A program made the position numbers and the translations under genes. A stretch of DNA of 46,013 nucleotides, the filler included, from Catajapyx aquilonaris (Eukaryota), in assembly GCA_000934665.2 (NCBI GenBank). It is 2 parts of 2 records of this genome, joined end to end, with 100 filler letters (N's around TTAATTAATTAA, not from the genome) between each part and the next. Parts side by side here need not be neighbours in the genome. Positions count along the whole stretch, not along the records: positions 23,081 to 46,013 come from JYFJ02005791.1; 1 more part is not named here. One strand, written 5' to 3'. This document shows positions 23,081 to 35,901 of the stretch, piece by piece. Each line of letters begins with the position of its first letter. The stretch's first letter is position 1. The notes under the pieces were generated by a model that saw only the letters and a list, made by a program, of their open reading frames with translations, ran no database searches and was not told the DNA's origin.

Positions 23081-24263
23081 GATAATCTTAATGGAAACTT
23101 TTTATCACATCCTGTGTATAACCCCACCACTCCATTTTTTGGGGGTGTCCCAATATTTTCAGATCAGGGCAAGTATAAGTTGACATGAAAATTTTGTGCG
23201 CTTATTAAAGTAATATAGCAGGATAAAACCCAGTATGATAAACGGCTTCTCATGCTCACCTAAACCTAAAACGTGACTTACATTGAACAACCTAATCTGT
23301 AATGTCTGCATTTCAGTGGTTATCAAATGCACTGTTGACTTATGCTGACACCACCACTCGGTCGAATCTCGAATATTGTAATGAGCATAACAAGCACAGA
23401 CATTATGGTGGATGAGTTAAGAAATAATATTTTACAACACTGACACAAGTCAGTGTTTAGAATAAGCTGCTCATCAAATTGAAAAAAATTCATTGATCTT
23501 GTGTAAGCTATACCTTAGCAAAGGCTACGGCTTGGTTATTGCATGCCTGCTCTGTGGTCAAAAGCTTTTGAGCAAAAGGGCCATTTCAGGGTTCTCTTAA
23601 AAAGTTAGAAAAACCTGGATTAAATCACTGTTTTTATATATCAGGCAAGAACCAGTACAATCAATACATAAGGAATGAACATAGTCTGGGCGGAGAGATA
23701 TTAATAGCCGGAGAGGATGGCTAATGTGACAGGTAGTGCATTCAACCATAGAATAGTAGACTGCAGGTGTGACATGCGTTTCTTTGTTAGATTTCCATCG
23801 TTAATATTGTTAACACACATTGTTCCTCATTGTGTCGTCGGTACTGTATTCTTTCCCTGCATGCTCTGTAGTGGTACACACTACAGCTTCACTGCCTTGG
23901 GTCCTGGAGTGAACTCGGCCACCCCTTCCTCTGGGCAAACCCAACCGTCATTGTAGTCTGCTTGCATGACGGCTTCCATGATTAATTCGTGGCTTCATGC
24001 CTCCCTTGCTTACAATATTTATAGGCTGCAATAAAGGCTATACAGTATATCTGCCAACACCACGAATTGAGTTGGAAATCATAGGTAATATGCGGTGTGT
24101 GGTGTGTCGGAGAGGAGGCATTACCGGCTCGGCATTACGTGTACATTATAATCAAACAAACCACGGTTTGTCATAAGTTACCTCCAAGAGCTCGATACAA
24201 ATATGTTTGTTAAAATGTTAACCCTCTTTGTTTAAGATGAATAAGCTGACTAACCTACGTATA

Positions 24264-24594
24264 TAGGGTGTTTCAACTTTTTTGTCCGAACAGTTATCGG
24301 AAAATTGCACGTAGCTGCTACTTTGTAAGCAGTGACTTGCAACCGGTGATATGTCGGAGGAATGGGGAATGGGGAAAAAGAGGGTCACACATCCCATGGC
24401 ATGTGGTGACCCTCTTTTTTCCAGGCTTGACCCTTAATTTTTAGCGGGAAGCACGTATGCCACTTCAACCTACGATTCGCAGGGAATATTCCCCGTTCCT
24501 CCGAAAAATCACCGTTTGCAAGTCACTGCTTACAAAGCAGCAGCTACGTGCAATTTTCCGATAACTGTTCGGACAAAAAAGTTGAAACACCCTG
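24264..24594. mobile_element. Tc1/mariner-type MITE with ~105-bp TIRs
   Basis: TA|(T)AGGGTGTTTCAACTTTTTTGTCCG ... CGGACAAAAAAGTTGAAACACCCTG|TA; a central hairpin is also present. Confidence 0.85.
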
Positions 24595-24598
24595 TACA

Positions 24599-25267
24599 CA
24601 GGGTGGACCAACTTCAAGTGTCGTTTTATAACGGCTATTAATAGAAGCGCTTTACGCTTGACGTAGAAGCGACGTGTAAAATGTCCCACTTCGGCGCCAT
24701 CGAAAATATTAGCTGCCAATATTAGCGTACATATAATGAACCTGCTGCAACGAGTGCAACCACATGCGGCACCAATGCCAATCCGGCAGTCCGCAAAGAA
24801 GGCATTTCACCCAGGCGCGCATCGCAGGTCATGTGCGTGTGCGTGTGTACCTCCTAGCAGCAGGGTTGATTACATCGCATCCCGGCAATAACAGGGGCAC
24901 AAGTCCAACAATGACGATTTTGACTTACTACTAGAGCAGGGTCCATGACTGCGTGCACATTCAGAATGCATGTTATGATTTTTAAAAATTAATAATTAAT
25001 AATTCTGATTATTCGAATGCTGCATCGATACCTGATTTATGATAACACTATACCAACACTATACAACTTTCAAAGTGCTCTCCTGTGAAATTGACTTTTT
25101 GGACTTGTGCCCCTGTTATTGCCGGGGTGCGACATGTGTGCTGCTATTGGCAGGTAATATTTTCGATCGCGCCGAAGTGGGACATTTTACACGTCGCTGC
25201 TACGTCATCGCAAAATCACTGCTATTAATCGCCGTTATAAAACGACACTTGAAGTTGGTCCACCCTG
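24599..25267. mobile_element. Tc1/mariner-type MITE with long, interrupted TIRs
   Basis: CAGGGTGGACCAACTTCAAGTG ... CACTTGAAGTTGGTCCACCCTG|TA; ~120-bp outer IR plus an inner IR (24872-24922 vs 25085-25137). Confidence 0.85.
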
Positions 25268-25948
25268 TATAGCAAGATTGCAGAGCGTATTGTATGCGAT
25301 TTCTTATAAGTTATTTCAAAATTGTAATATCCAGTCACTTTTATTCCCATTCAGCCCATTTGTTATTAATTTTCTCTTATAAGTTAAGTCCACCCTAGCA
25401 GAGTACTAGACAGTAAACAAGCGAAGTTAATATGGTACCACATGCCTTTTAATTATTGTAAGATTTGGATAATTTTATATTACGTGCTGACCGCGAGAAT
25501 TAAAACTGCAGAAATAGCAGGAATCCCTAAGCGGCTACAAAGATATTGTGAAACTCCCAATCCGCTCGTGTCCAAATGATCCAGATTCAGGAGAAACTGT
25601 GCCAAGAAAACAGTTGTCGGTCCCCTTGTTTACACTCGTGAACGGAAGTAATACTGAAATTACACAGGATATATGCACACAGAAGCGATTCCAAGACAAC
25701 GAACAGTCCAACCATTTCACGCTTTTGTGGCTTGGGGTTGATACATTCCTACCGTTCCGACGAGAATCAAATTGAATGGGACACGACAGAGTGCGGTTGG
25801 GCGGGGACTGCGAGGTTGCGTCTCTCCGCCAATATTTCATCATTAGAATTGGACTCTGCAGCCAAATGAACAAATCCCCACGTGCTGCTTTCCAAATTGG
25901 CTGAGACAAATGCAGGGCGGATGACATGAGAGTGAGAGATAAATAGAA

Positions 25949-25954
<6 letters not shown>

Positions 25955-25998
<44 letters not shown>
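25955..25998 (+). repeat. (AG)22 microsatellite
   Basis: Perfect dinucleotide run. Confidence 0.95.
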
Positions 25999-26000
<2 letters not shown>

Positions 26001-26446
26001 CCGGTAGTACTTACATTAGTCGGTCCAAGTCTGGCCGATTTTGGCCAATAAATTACATTCGCAAGGGACACAGGGAGCCGGGGGTAGTGCCCGAGGAGGG
26101 GGATTTGGTGCTGCTGCATTTCAACATTTTCAGCTTCATTTGGAATGGTACGACTTTTTCTAATTAGCATGACCAATCATTATGTCCATTTCGGGGAATC
26201 ATTAGCGAAAAAGAGCTTAACGAAGGTCCTTCGGAATAATAATTACTCGTTGTATTACATGCTTGAAGTACGGCACTTGATGGTACTGGCTCGAAATGGG
26301 ACTATGAGTAGAGTGGTGAAATACATATTCACACTGAAGCTGCGAGGTGAATGTGCGGGTAATGGTTCAACGAGCCATAGACTGTTACAACAGAGGACAT
26401 GCCATTTCTCGGTAATTCAACGAGTGTAATAATTTATGGGCAAGAT

Positions 26447-26603
26447 GGCGCTGGCGTGGTGGTAGTTGCTAACGTCGCATACTCCTACCTGGGGGCCCCT
26501 CTTTGGTCGAGCAAAGGAATGGGAAATAAGTTTCGGTGCGTTCTCTGTATTCGCGTGGGTTTTCTCAGGGTTCTCCCACTTCTTTCCACATTGGATTCAA
26601 AAC
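26447..26603 (+). mobile_element. Degenerate tRNA-headed SINE with a V-domain-like core
   Basis: GCGTGGGTTTTCTCAGGGTTCTCCCACTTCTTTCCACA resembles the V-SINE core GCGTGGGTTTCCTCCGGGTGCTCCGGTTTCCTCCCACA; an A-box-like head lies upstream. Confidence 0.45.
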
Positions 26604-29600
26604 TATTGGGCGGGAGGACTGGCTGAGAAAATTTATATATTTTGTAGATAAATATATCAAATCTCAGAAGTATACATGTGCATATAAAATCGGGTTTATA
26701 ACAGGATCACTGGGAGACCAGCCAGGTACAAAAGAGGCCGTCCCTTCCATTTGCATTTTAGAAGGGGGAAATTTTACCAGTACTGTACGCTCTTTGGCAA
26801 CGCTGCCAAACTAGCTAAACAAGCGGCCAGATTGTATCAGGCAAAGTTGGTTACGTTTTGTCCTTGTGCAGCCAAGTTCCAACTTTGAGACGAAATGTCT
26901 GAGGATTTTGCCAGGTGCCTCTTTGCCATTTCATTTATTTTCTTTCTTTCTAGAAGGATGCAAAAGTCTGTGTTTGCACAGCCAGGGGAACTAAGCCTCG
27001 GCGTGTTTCTGTACAGAATTACTTAGTGTAGGCCTACTGCGGGCAGTGAATGCGAACATGCTCTTTTTGTAACCACGTAGCACGCTTTTGTTACCCGTCG
27101 ATAAGTCTAGAGGTTTGTATAGCTGTTGTTCCAGCGCAGCGGATCCTGTGAGGTGGAATGTAGGTCCGTCTAGAGCACTTATAACTTCAGTAATGAGTCC
27201 TACTCATAAGTTCTTGATTCTTGTATCACGCTTGCTAAAGCGCAAGGTTGTCAAGTGTAAGCCTCTATTGAGCCTTTTATGGAAGAAGTTTGGCTGGAGG
27301 CAAGCAATTTTTCGCCAGCACCGTAGAGTGGGGGTGTTATGTTATATCCGTGACAAAAATCGAGTCTTCCAAATTACGTACCGTATCGAAATATTGAATG
27401 CAACTTTTTCCCGGAAAATGCTATCCAACCGAGCCCTAACCCGAAACGTATGGCCCCATTTGGCCATAAGGCCCAATGGTGAACCAATAGATTCGGGTCG
27501 ATTTTCGATGATCTTTTTTTCGCCCCAAAGTTCAACAATGCGACTCTTTGATCCAAAATGGTGTACTGCGGTGCCGCAAGGAATGCCATGACTTTTAGAA
27601 ATACTCTATATGGAGGGTATTTCATAATGATTCTGCAAATGCTTGCTTACTCGAGGACTGTATCATTTGGTCTGTTACATGGCAGCATCCGAGCTTTAAT
27701 ATTCCCACTGCGCTGTATAATTCTGTGGAATAAATGCTACTAAATTGAAATCATGCTACGAAGCCTATTGGCCCTTAGGCCTATTTATGCCAATTTTGGC
27801 TAGGGAAGCGGGCGTGTGCCAGCAGCCAGGTAGACAATCCCCTAAGGGCTTTAGGTATAGGCAGCATATTGCGAAGCGGTAGAGGAAAGCCTTGGTGCGC
27901 ATCAAAGAAGCAGTACTGGACCCGTGAAAAATCGGCCTGGATTAACCTCCCCCACTCTCCTCTGCTTCTCTCGGCCTCTCGCCCTTTACCAACTCGGTAA
28001 CGTTCCCACATTCTGCTGCTAAACGATTTCTCTTTGTGATGGAAGCTTTCTTTTTGCCTCTTTTTTTTCTTCTTCTTCCTACGCCTCCTGCTGCAGCGCC
28101 GACGCCAAGTGTTTCCTCCTTCCCAGTTTCTCTACCTTGGGGACTTTTTTTTTCCATGCCAAGAAAAGAAACGCTTGATTGCTGAAATAAGGTCACGTGC
28201 GTCACGTTCCTGCCCGATCATATTCGAGAAGCATTGGGCTAAATCCAGCCGAAATGTGCCTCCAGGCGGAATGTGGGTCTACCACCCGACAAATGAACAC
28301 AGCAGTGTTGAATTCGAAGGCGGCCAGGATATTAATGTTGTTACCTTCCAATTTTTACCATTGGAGCCACAGGCGACTGACCGGAGATCTCGATAGTTCA
28401 AGTGCGATCCAATATGTTGTGTAGACAGTACCTTTCTCGCTCACATAAGTTATGACATATGATGTGCAACAGAAGTTTCTTTTAATCTGCCATTGAAGTT
28501 CTTATAGCATTAATGTTGCCTAGATGGCCTAGATGATGTCAGTTTTCAAGATTGTTCTGGAAGGAAATGGCCAAAAACTTATGTTTTACGCAAGTATATA
28601 AAAAGGGATGAAAAATGTCTAGAACTTGAGAGAATTGTTAGGATTCGACAAAGAATGCTGCTCCTCACGTCCGACGAATAGTATGTCCTTATCACCTTTG
28701 CACTCGGAGACATCGTGAATCCGGATGGAGCATCTTCTTTCTAAGCTGTTCCGAGCTGTAACAGTCCATTGTGATTGTGGAAAATCCATATATCCTGTCT
28801 CTCCCCCCCTCCCTCTGTTTTGCCATGATCATCAGTCAACTGCGCTAGGCCATTTCCTCTTGTCCCTAGTCGTTGGACATGTGGTGGTATTGATTTGTAA
28901 ACATCTTTCCAGATAGGCGCGAGATTTCTTGGCACAGAGCAAATGAAGCATCGACCTAGGGAATTCTTCTTGCCAGCCAGCTTGTCTTTCTAAACTGCTT
29001 CACCCGCAGGAATAGACATATCACTAAGCTGCAAGTTACATCTCAGATGTGCCAGTATTGTTTCAAGTACGTATATGGTCGCTGGTAGGTCGAAACGTTG
29101 GTACCTCTCTAGTGCAGTGCAACGACCTGCTTTTTATTGTTTTAGTTTTTTTATTATTTTCATTGCTCGCCAAAAAATTGGACCTGACCCGTTTCAAATA
29201 GGCCTATTGCAAGGGTCACCCAGTTTTTAAAAATGTTACCCCGTGATAGGGCCCTGGGGGCCCTCTTAGGGGGGGGGGGTGGAACACCACCATTCCTTCA
29301 ATTTTCTATGGATTTATCTTCATTCACCATACAGGGATATATAGGCCCCCGTATAGGCCCGGGCGCTTCTAACATGGTCTAAGTTTTTATCGGACTTCAA
29401 TCGATGGCGTATAGGAGCAATGGCTCTCCCCGAATATCCCGTAAGGGGTGGCAAATAGTATTACCAAAAAAATCAGTTATACAGAGTTTACAGACACCCA
29501 ATCAATGTAAATTATAGACATTTCTACCATCACATCAGTACCTGAAAAAAATGTGTGCAATTATAATAACTTAGAGTCCACCAGTATGTAATTTGCTACG

Positions 29601-31701
29601 GCGAACCCCCCTCGTAATGATAAGGTCATATCCCCAGTTAATTTTTATGTAAGTTATGTGATTTTTTCAAAGTACGGATAGGTAAATCTATCATTATACC
29701 GCATGATCGTGTAAGTCACATCCATGGCAAATCCGTGACACATTCAAAATTAAACTTAATGGAAAAGTTTGTTATATGCATGATGCTGCGAAAGAGGGTT
29801 GTTTATCTTGGATTATACCTGGTACATTAAAGGAGTCATTGAAGAATGCTAAGGCAATATACAGTAATTACCTTTATACAGTATACCGTATGTCCTGTAT
29901 TTATAAAAGACGACGACAGGTCCGCTGTTTATTTAATTACACGCTCTATGTAATTGATGAGACCCGCGTTATTAACAATTCCTTTTCTGGAGGAATAATT
30001 TATTAAAGTAAGCAAACAGGAAATTGTTTCGTCCTCTGGAGAGAATTTAGCTACATAATAGCCTATGATATACCCTGCGTTTTAGTGCATTACCCATGTG
30101 ACCTTCTATAGCTTCTTGATAATAATAATATTATAGGAATCCTGGTTTATTCAGTAACGAAAAAGGTAGTGTACACCATGCACTTTTATGTTACAGTTAG
30201 ACTGTTAATTAGGCTGAAACGTGCAGTATTCCAAAATGGTTTTCTCGTGCTTGTACAAAAAATAATTATAGTGTTCATATTGTAGTAATACAATGTTGTT
30301 TTGCATTGCGAGGCTCGCTATGTTGCAGAAACTTATTTACTTTGTCAACAGAGTTTGCAGCGTACAAAATGACCCACGATGCAGTAAATTTTGCTACTGC
30401 AGTGGCATAATGGCAGCTACAAAATATAGTACTTTCACGACAGAAAATTGTGCTGTCCTGCACTATCTGATGCCCTCTTGTGATGTAAAGCTTGGAGCTC
30501 CCAATAATTTCCCATTTTATAGTGTAGATACGAAATCCATCGCCCACTCAAATCCTTCTGATTGCCTCGTTGTAACTGATCCAGTTTCGCTACAGAAAAT
30601 TACGACGTAATTAGATTTCACATGACGCTACTATCGATAGTTCTCTAGGACTCCCTAATGATGATAATATCCGTTGTTAGAGTGCAAGCACGACACAACC
30701 CCGATATGAAGGCGAAAGCAGCTCCATTGATTCAGTTCAACACCACCTCGGATCACTCACGCCAAAAGACAGCAGGACCAATATTATTCTCCTAATCAAC
30801 TGAATCTAGCGTGATGCGTTCTCTAATTTTGTACAGTGAAGCCTCGATTTATCGTTCTCGGATGTATCGTTTTCCCTCATCTGTCGTTCCATTTCTAGAG
30901 TTCCGGAATAAATGATATTTAAATAATGCAAATGACACTCGCATACACCATTCAAGATTATTTAGTATCGAACAACTTGAATCCCGGATAGAGCGTCTTA
31001 AAGAAAGAACAAAACCACGCCCCCACACCCAGACACAAGGGTTAGAACGCATCGGTATAATATAGTAATACCAGCTGCTAATGTTTTTGGAACGTGATGT
31101 AGCACGTGTATTAGTAGTTGGGACTGTGTAAAGTTAGCTGTGCGACGTTTCACGCCACTTAAAAGGTCTGGTTTCAATCTTGCGAGAACTGGTGTTTTTG
31201 AGCGAATTTGAAGCATTTTAGCGTGGGTGAGAAGTCAAGGAAGAACGGGATGAGAAAATTGGCTTCTTGCTCTCACTAAGACCGATTCTCGCGAGACACA
31301 CCTACGTTACCCCCCTTTGCCTGCCAGTCAACAAGGTGTAGGGGCAAGGTGGTGTTTTTGATGACGATGATGTCGAGTTTTACCTAAGCATTTTGTACTT
31401 TCGAGTCCACCAGAGAATATTATCAATCTGTACTGTCGCGATATCACCAAAAGAGACCAATCAAACATAATGAATATTGAACGTTTATTGGTCAATTTAA
31501 GAGGAAAAATGTTGCTAAACAAATTAAGAGTCGTGACTTTTTAAAAACAAAGTAATGCAGACTGGACATAACAGTGGTAAAATAACAACCGAGTAGGCCC
31601 TACGTTTTTTGATGTCGAAAATGTACTAAGATGAGAATCACATTCTTTTGGCCACTTTATTCTGGTCTTGAAGTACCCCTTCACACACACCCACCCACAC
31701 A

Positions 31702-32084
31702 GCCTTAATTGTCTTCACTAAGGCGTGGGACGTGAAAATTCAACTTTTCGAAGCTAGTGTAACCTAACCTAACCTAACCTACCCTACCCTACCCTACCCT
31801 ACCCTACCCTACCCTACCCTACCCTACCCTACCTTACCTAACTAACCTAGGCTGAGAAAAATGGACTTTTGGGAAACCCTACAAATGAAAATAGTGGGGA
31901 CATGTCCCCACTAATTTAGACATGTCCCCACTGTAATAGTACACATCGCGTCTGTGAAACTGTGGGGACCCACAAATGTCCCCGCAATTCGAACTGTGGG
32001 GACAGACGTCCCCACAGCTACAGTGTCCCCACAGTTAAACTCAATACGTAGGTTTTCGTCCTCAGAGCTAATTGAAGACAGGAC
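31702..32084. mobile_element. Non-autonomous element flanked by (CA)n, carrying telomere-like (AACCT)4(ACCCT)10 and GTGGGGAC/GTCCCCAC repeats
   Basis: Imperfect TIRs TGTCTTCA.. (31710) / ..TGAAGACA (32073-32080); CA tracts on both sides; 22-bp palindrome at 31892-31913. Confidence 0.6.
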
Positions 32085-33198
32085 CACACATACACACGCT
32101 GGCGTTCCCTGGCAACTAACAAGGGAATGACCAAGGGTCGTCCCCTCCGATTTGGCTGAAACTCGCTTGGGGGGTAAATAATGTGTCATAGACACAGTAG
32201 TGAAAGTCCTAAACGGAAATATTCAGTCGTTTCCGAGGTATGATTGACAGAAACATCCGAATTTTGGCCGCGAGTATGTATACGGGTCGGGTGGGAAAGG
32301 GACAAGTGCAAGTCCCCTGTCTTTTTCCGATCCACTACAGGCCTACACCATCCCCCACCACATTTTTCGTTTTCCATTCTTTCGTTGCTCCAGTATTTTA
32401 AGGGCGATAGCCCTTAAGTAAGACCGTAGCATAGATTTCAACAATGTTTCAACAATGAATTTTTCCTACTTCTTCTTGTTGTTACGTTTTTTTTTATTCG
32501 CCCTAACTCAAGTTCTGCTGTAGGTAGAGCTTCCAAATTTTGAACACAGATGCCCACCGTCGTGACTTGATTTCCTACCATTTACACGTTTACTTAATTC
32601 CTCTTCAAAACGCCGCAAAAAATTTAAAGCCACCAAAAAATACGTTTTCATTTTTTGGCTCAATAACTATTCGGAATTTGGTTCCTTCTTCAACGGGTCG
32701 AAGGTGCAGCAGGACGGTGCGGATCTATGCTCAAAATCTCACAGTTCCCACGGCTACAGGATTGGAGCTGTGATTTTTTTACCTCGTATTTTTTCTGTCA
32801 TTACTTCATTTGTTCATGACCCCATCACCTAGAAACGTCAGTTGTTGTTTACCACCTCATATATTGTTGTGGGTCAAAGGAGGACAAGATGAGCGACGCC
32901 GAGTCGTACTGTCGCCGTTGGGTTTTCACCCAACTTTAATGTACCTTTGTGTTTTTTGTATCGTCTGGTACAGTTCTCAATGTTCCGTATATTTTAGCGT
33001 ATAGGCTATTTCATAATAATCAAATCAGACTAACCGTTGGCTGGTAGCACTCCTCTTTCGTTTTTTTACGACTGTCTCTGTGCAAATAATTTTAGGGACT
33101 TCTAAGCGACGAAAATTGTCTCCAATGCATTCATAGTGCAGACTGTATAGTGTAGACACTGTAGAGCATAAGTTATGTGTACTGTCAAAAAAGAACTG

Positions 33199-33917
33199 AA
33201 ATTAGATCAAAAACTTTCCCTTCAGTAAAAAAAAGATAAGTAAGACCTCCGCGGCAGAATAAAAGTACTGAAACAAGGCAGGCGCACGTAAGACCTTCAC
33301 CAATTGATTTAAGCTGTACCATAGGTCTTACTCAAGCAATTCTCAAGTACGGTACGGAACGGCTCGTAAAATGACTGCAGCAAACTACTCAGAGCAGTAG
33401 GTAGGATTTTATTATGAAAAGAAAAAAATGGGGGAAAAACTAAACTCATCCTAACAGACTTGGTCCAATCGAAAAAGACCCTCTAAAATTCACCAATTAA
33501 CGTTTATATGTGAAAAATTAAGCATTAGTTAAAATCAGCATCTAAAAGAGGTGACGATTCTGCATGAATGTTTCATGGCAATAATTCGCACTAATCGCAT
33601 AGAAATTCAATGTTCTTAATATTGAAGTTCCTAATTTCATAAAACACTAATATGGAGTGGCTCATGGAAAACTAATACTGCCAATAAGAGCTAAGTTAGA
33701 AGTAACTAGTAGTACAACAGAAATTCCAAAGATTTGTTTCAGAAAGGAGACTTCATGAGCATCAGTGAATTGGAAATTGCTTGAGTAAGACCTATGGTAC
33801 AGCTTAAATCAATTGGTGAAGGTCTTACGTGCGCCTGCCTTGTTTCAGTACTTTTATTCTGCCGCGGAGGTCTTACTTATCTTTTTTTTACTGAAGGGAA
33901 AGTTTTTGATCTAATTT
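33199..33917. mobile_element. Young MITE with perfect 143-bp inverted arms
   Basis: 33199-33341 is the exact reverse complement of 33775-33917; three GTAAGACCT motifs per arm. Confidence 0.9.
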
Positions 33918-34148
33918 ATTATGCGACCAACTAAAAGCTGATTTTTCGCCCTCCTGTCAACTGCGAATAAAGGTCATTTGCAACACAAATAATTGCGTAA
34001 TAGGAACTTCTTCAGACTTATCAGTATGTATGATATATCATAATCTCTCCTGCCAAACCGTTCCTATTACGCAATTTTTGGTACAATAATGATCTTTAGT
34101 CGCAGTTGACAGAAGCGAGAGAAAGCAGTTTTTAGATGGTCACATAAT
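33918..34148. mobile_element. Older foldback MITE
   Basis: ATTATGCGACCAACTAAAAGCTG ... CAGTTTTTAGATGGTCACATAAT with diverged inverted arms reaching TTGCGTAATAGGAAC / GTTCCTATTACGCAA. Confidence 0.7.
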
Positions 34149-35177
34149 AAATACCGGTGCAACGAAAAAATGGAAAACGACAAATGGGGTGGGGGATGGT
34201 GTATAGGCCTGTATGGGATCGGAAAAAAAACAGGGGACGGGGGGACACTACCACCTTTTGCCTAGCACTTGTCCCTTCCCCGCCCGACCCGTATACATAT
34301 ACGCGCGGCGAAAATTCGGATGTTTCTGTCGATCATACCTGGGAAACGATTGAACATTGCCGTTTAGGACTTTCACTACTGTGTTTATGACATATTATTT
34401 ACCCCTCAAGCGAGTTTCAGCCAAATCGGAGGGGACGACTCTTGGTCATTCCCTTGTAAGTAAACATTTAGGGACTGCTAATAATTGTTATGTCCACCAC
34501 TGTACTGTACTGCAGGCCTACTGTACTCACTCAGATATAGTCGAATATAGCAACTGCTTTATAATTGGGCTCCTCGATCGGGTCGCAAAAACGACAAAAA
34601 TACAACGACTTTGGGCGAATCTGACGATATAACTAAAAGGGCCCCACAATTTGGAACACACTGTTACAGGCAAAGGTGACTTTTTTCATTTTATACAGCC
34701 CCCCGCATTTATGTTTTTTTTTGTTTTTTCAGGTGTCCCGACTCCCGACAAAAACGATGAATAGAGGTTATACTGTATCTTAATCATGTTCAGTCCTGTT
34801 TTTGAAATATGTGAGTGTGGGCATTAGTTCCGAATGTAGTTGTCAGAGGTGATTAGCCGCAGCAGCTGACAAGAAGCAGGGCAGTCCCAACTTGTTGCTG
34901 TAATGCAGGATTTAATACACTAAAAGCCATTTGGTGGGGAAGACCAGGGACCTTTTAGTCGCTGTAGCTGCTGCACTGAGGTTTTATGAAGTGGAACGTG
35001 AAGAATCTCCACATGAACTTATTTTATTGCATGGCTCAGGATTCCTTGTATTTGGTATATATAAGTCAGCAAGTTCATTGGCGGTCAGAGATTTAAGTTA
35101 GTTGCATATATGAGTTTTCCTTTCATTTGGATTTTTTGTACAAGGGGTAAATAAATTACGTCACATAAATTATTATA

Positions 35178-35901
35178 CAGTGAAACCTGTCTATGGTGGA
35201 CATTAGTGGTTCCCAGGAAAATGTCCAACATAGGGAGGTGTCCAACATATTAGAATTTCAATCTCTCGGGTTTCATAATGCAGTGCAATAATGTCCGAGT
35301 AAGTATACTGTATCCCGCAATCAACTTCCAATGCAAGATTTCTTATTTTCGGTACAGTACAGCACAATGTACATGCAATTTCTGAAACCGGCCTACATTT
35401 TAGTTCATAAATCGGTAACAAGTGACTGGTTTAATCAAAGGAATTTCAATTTTCTTTTGGTCAGCAAAAATGTCGTCAATAAGAGTGGCATATGACAAAG
35501 CATAAAGTGCCTTCATCTTCTGATGATTTACTTTGTGTATCCTGCAACACCTGCTTCAGCATCTCATCTGCATTGCCACCATATTTATCCTCCGTTGTCA
35601 GGACATTGTCATACAGTTGACAATGTCCTTGAAGACATGAAGACATGCTTAACAAAGTATGTATGCAGAGCCCAGAATGGCTCAGGTTTTTAGGAAAAAG
35701 TCGAGAATACCTGTAGAGTATAGATTGTATCGTACTTGTTCAACTTAAGAGGGGAAAAAGTTTCCAACTTCCAAGAGTGACAGGTGTCCAACTTAACAAC
35801 ATTACAGGGGATAGGCTACTTTTTGACGGTTCCAAAAATTATATGTCCAACGTTGGGAGGTGGTCAACTTATTAAGGTGTCCAACTTGACAGATTTCACT
35901 G
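35178..35901. mobile_element. pogo/Tigger-like (Tc1/mariner superfamily) non-autonomous element
   Basis: TA|CAGTGAAACCTGTC ... GACAGATTTCACTG|TA; repeated TGTCCAAC subterminal motifs. Confidence 0.8.

Larger units (their letters stand above)
32120..34456. mobile_element. Long-TIR (~280-300 bp) non-autonomous DNA transposon with TAA target duplication, filled with nested insertions
   Basis: TAA|CAAGGGAATGACCAAG ... CTTGGTCATTCCCTTG|TAA; 32120-32398 is an inverted copy of 34149-34456. Confidence 0.85.

Noticed and set aside
25535..27591. Long ORFs 25535-26176 (213 aa) and 27088-27591 (167 aa)
   Set aside because: No recognisable domain or splice structure; the first runs through a microsatellite.
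29087..29460. Possible Helentron-like head (AGGTCG..CGACCT hairpin then T-rich tract)
   Set aside because: The ends could not be delimited; too weak to call.
31761..31849. Telomere
   Set aside because: Short, internal and embedded in a transposon-like element.
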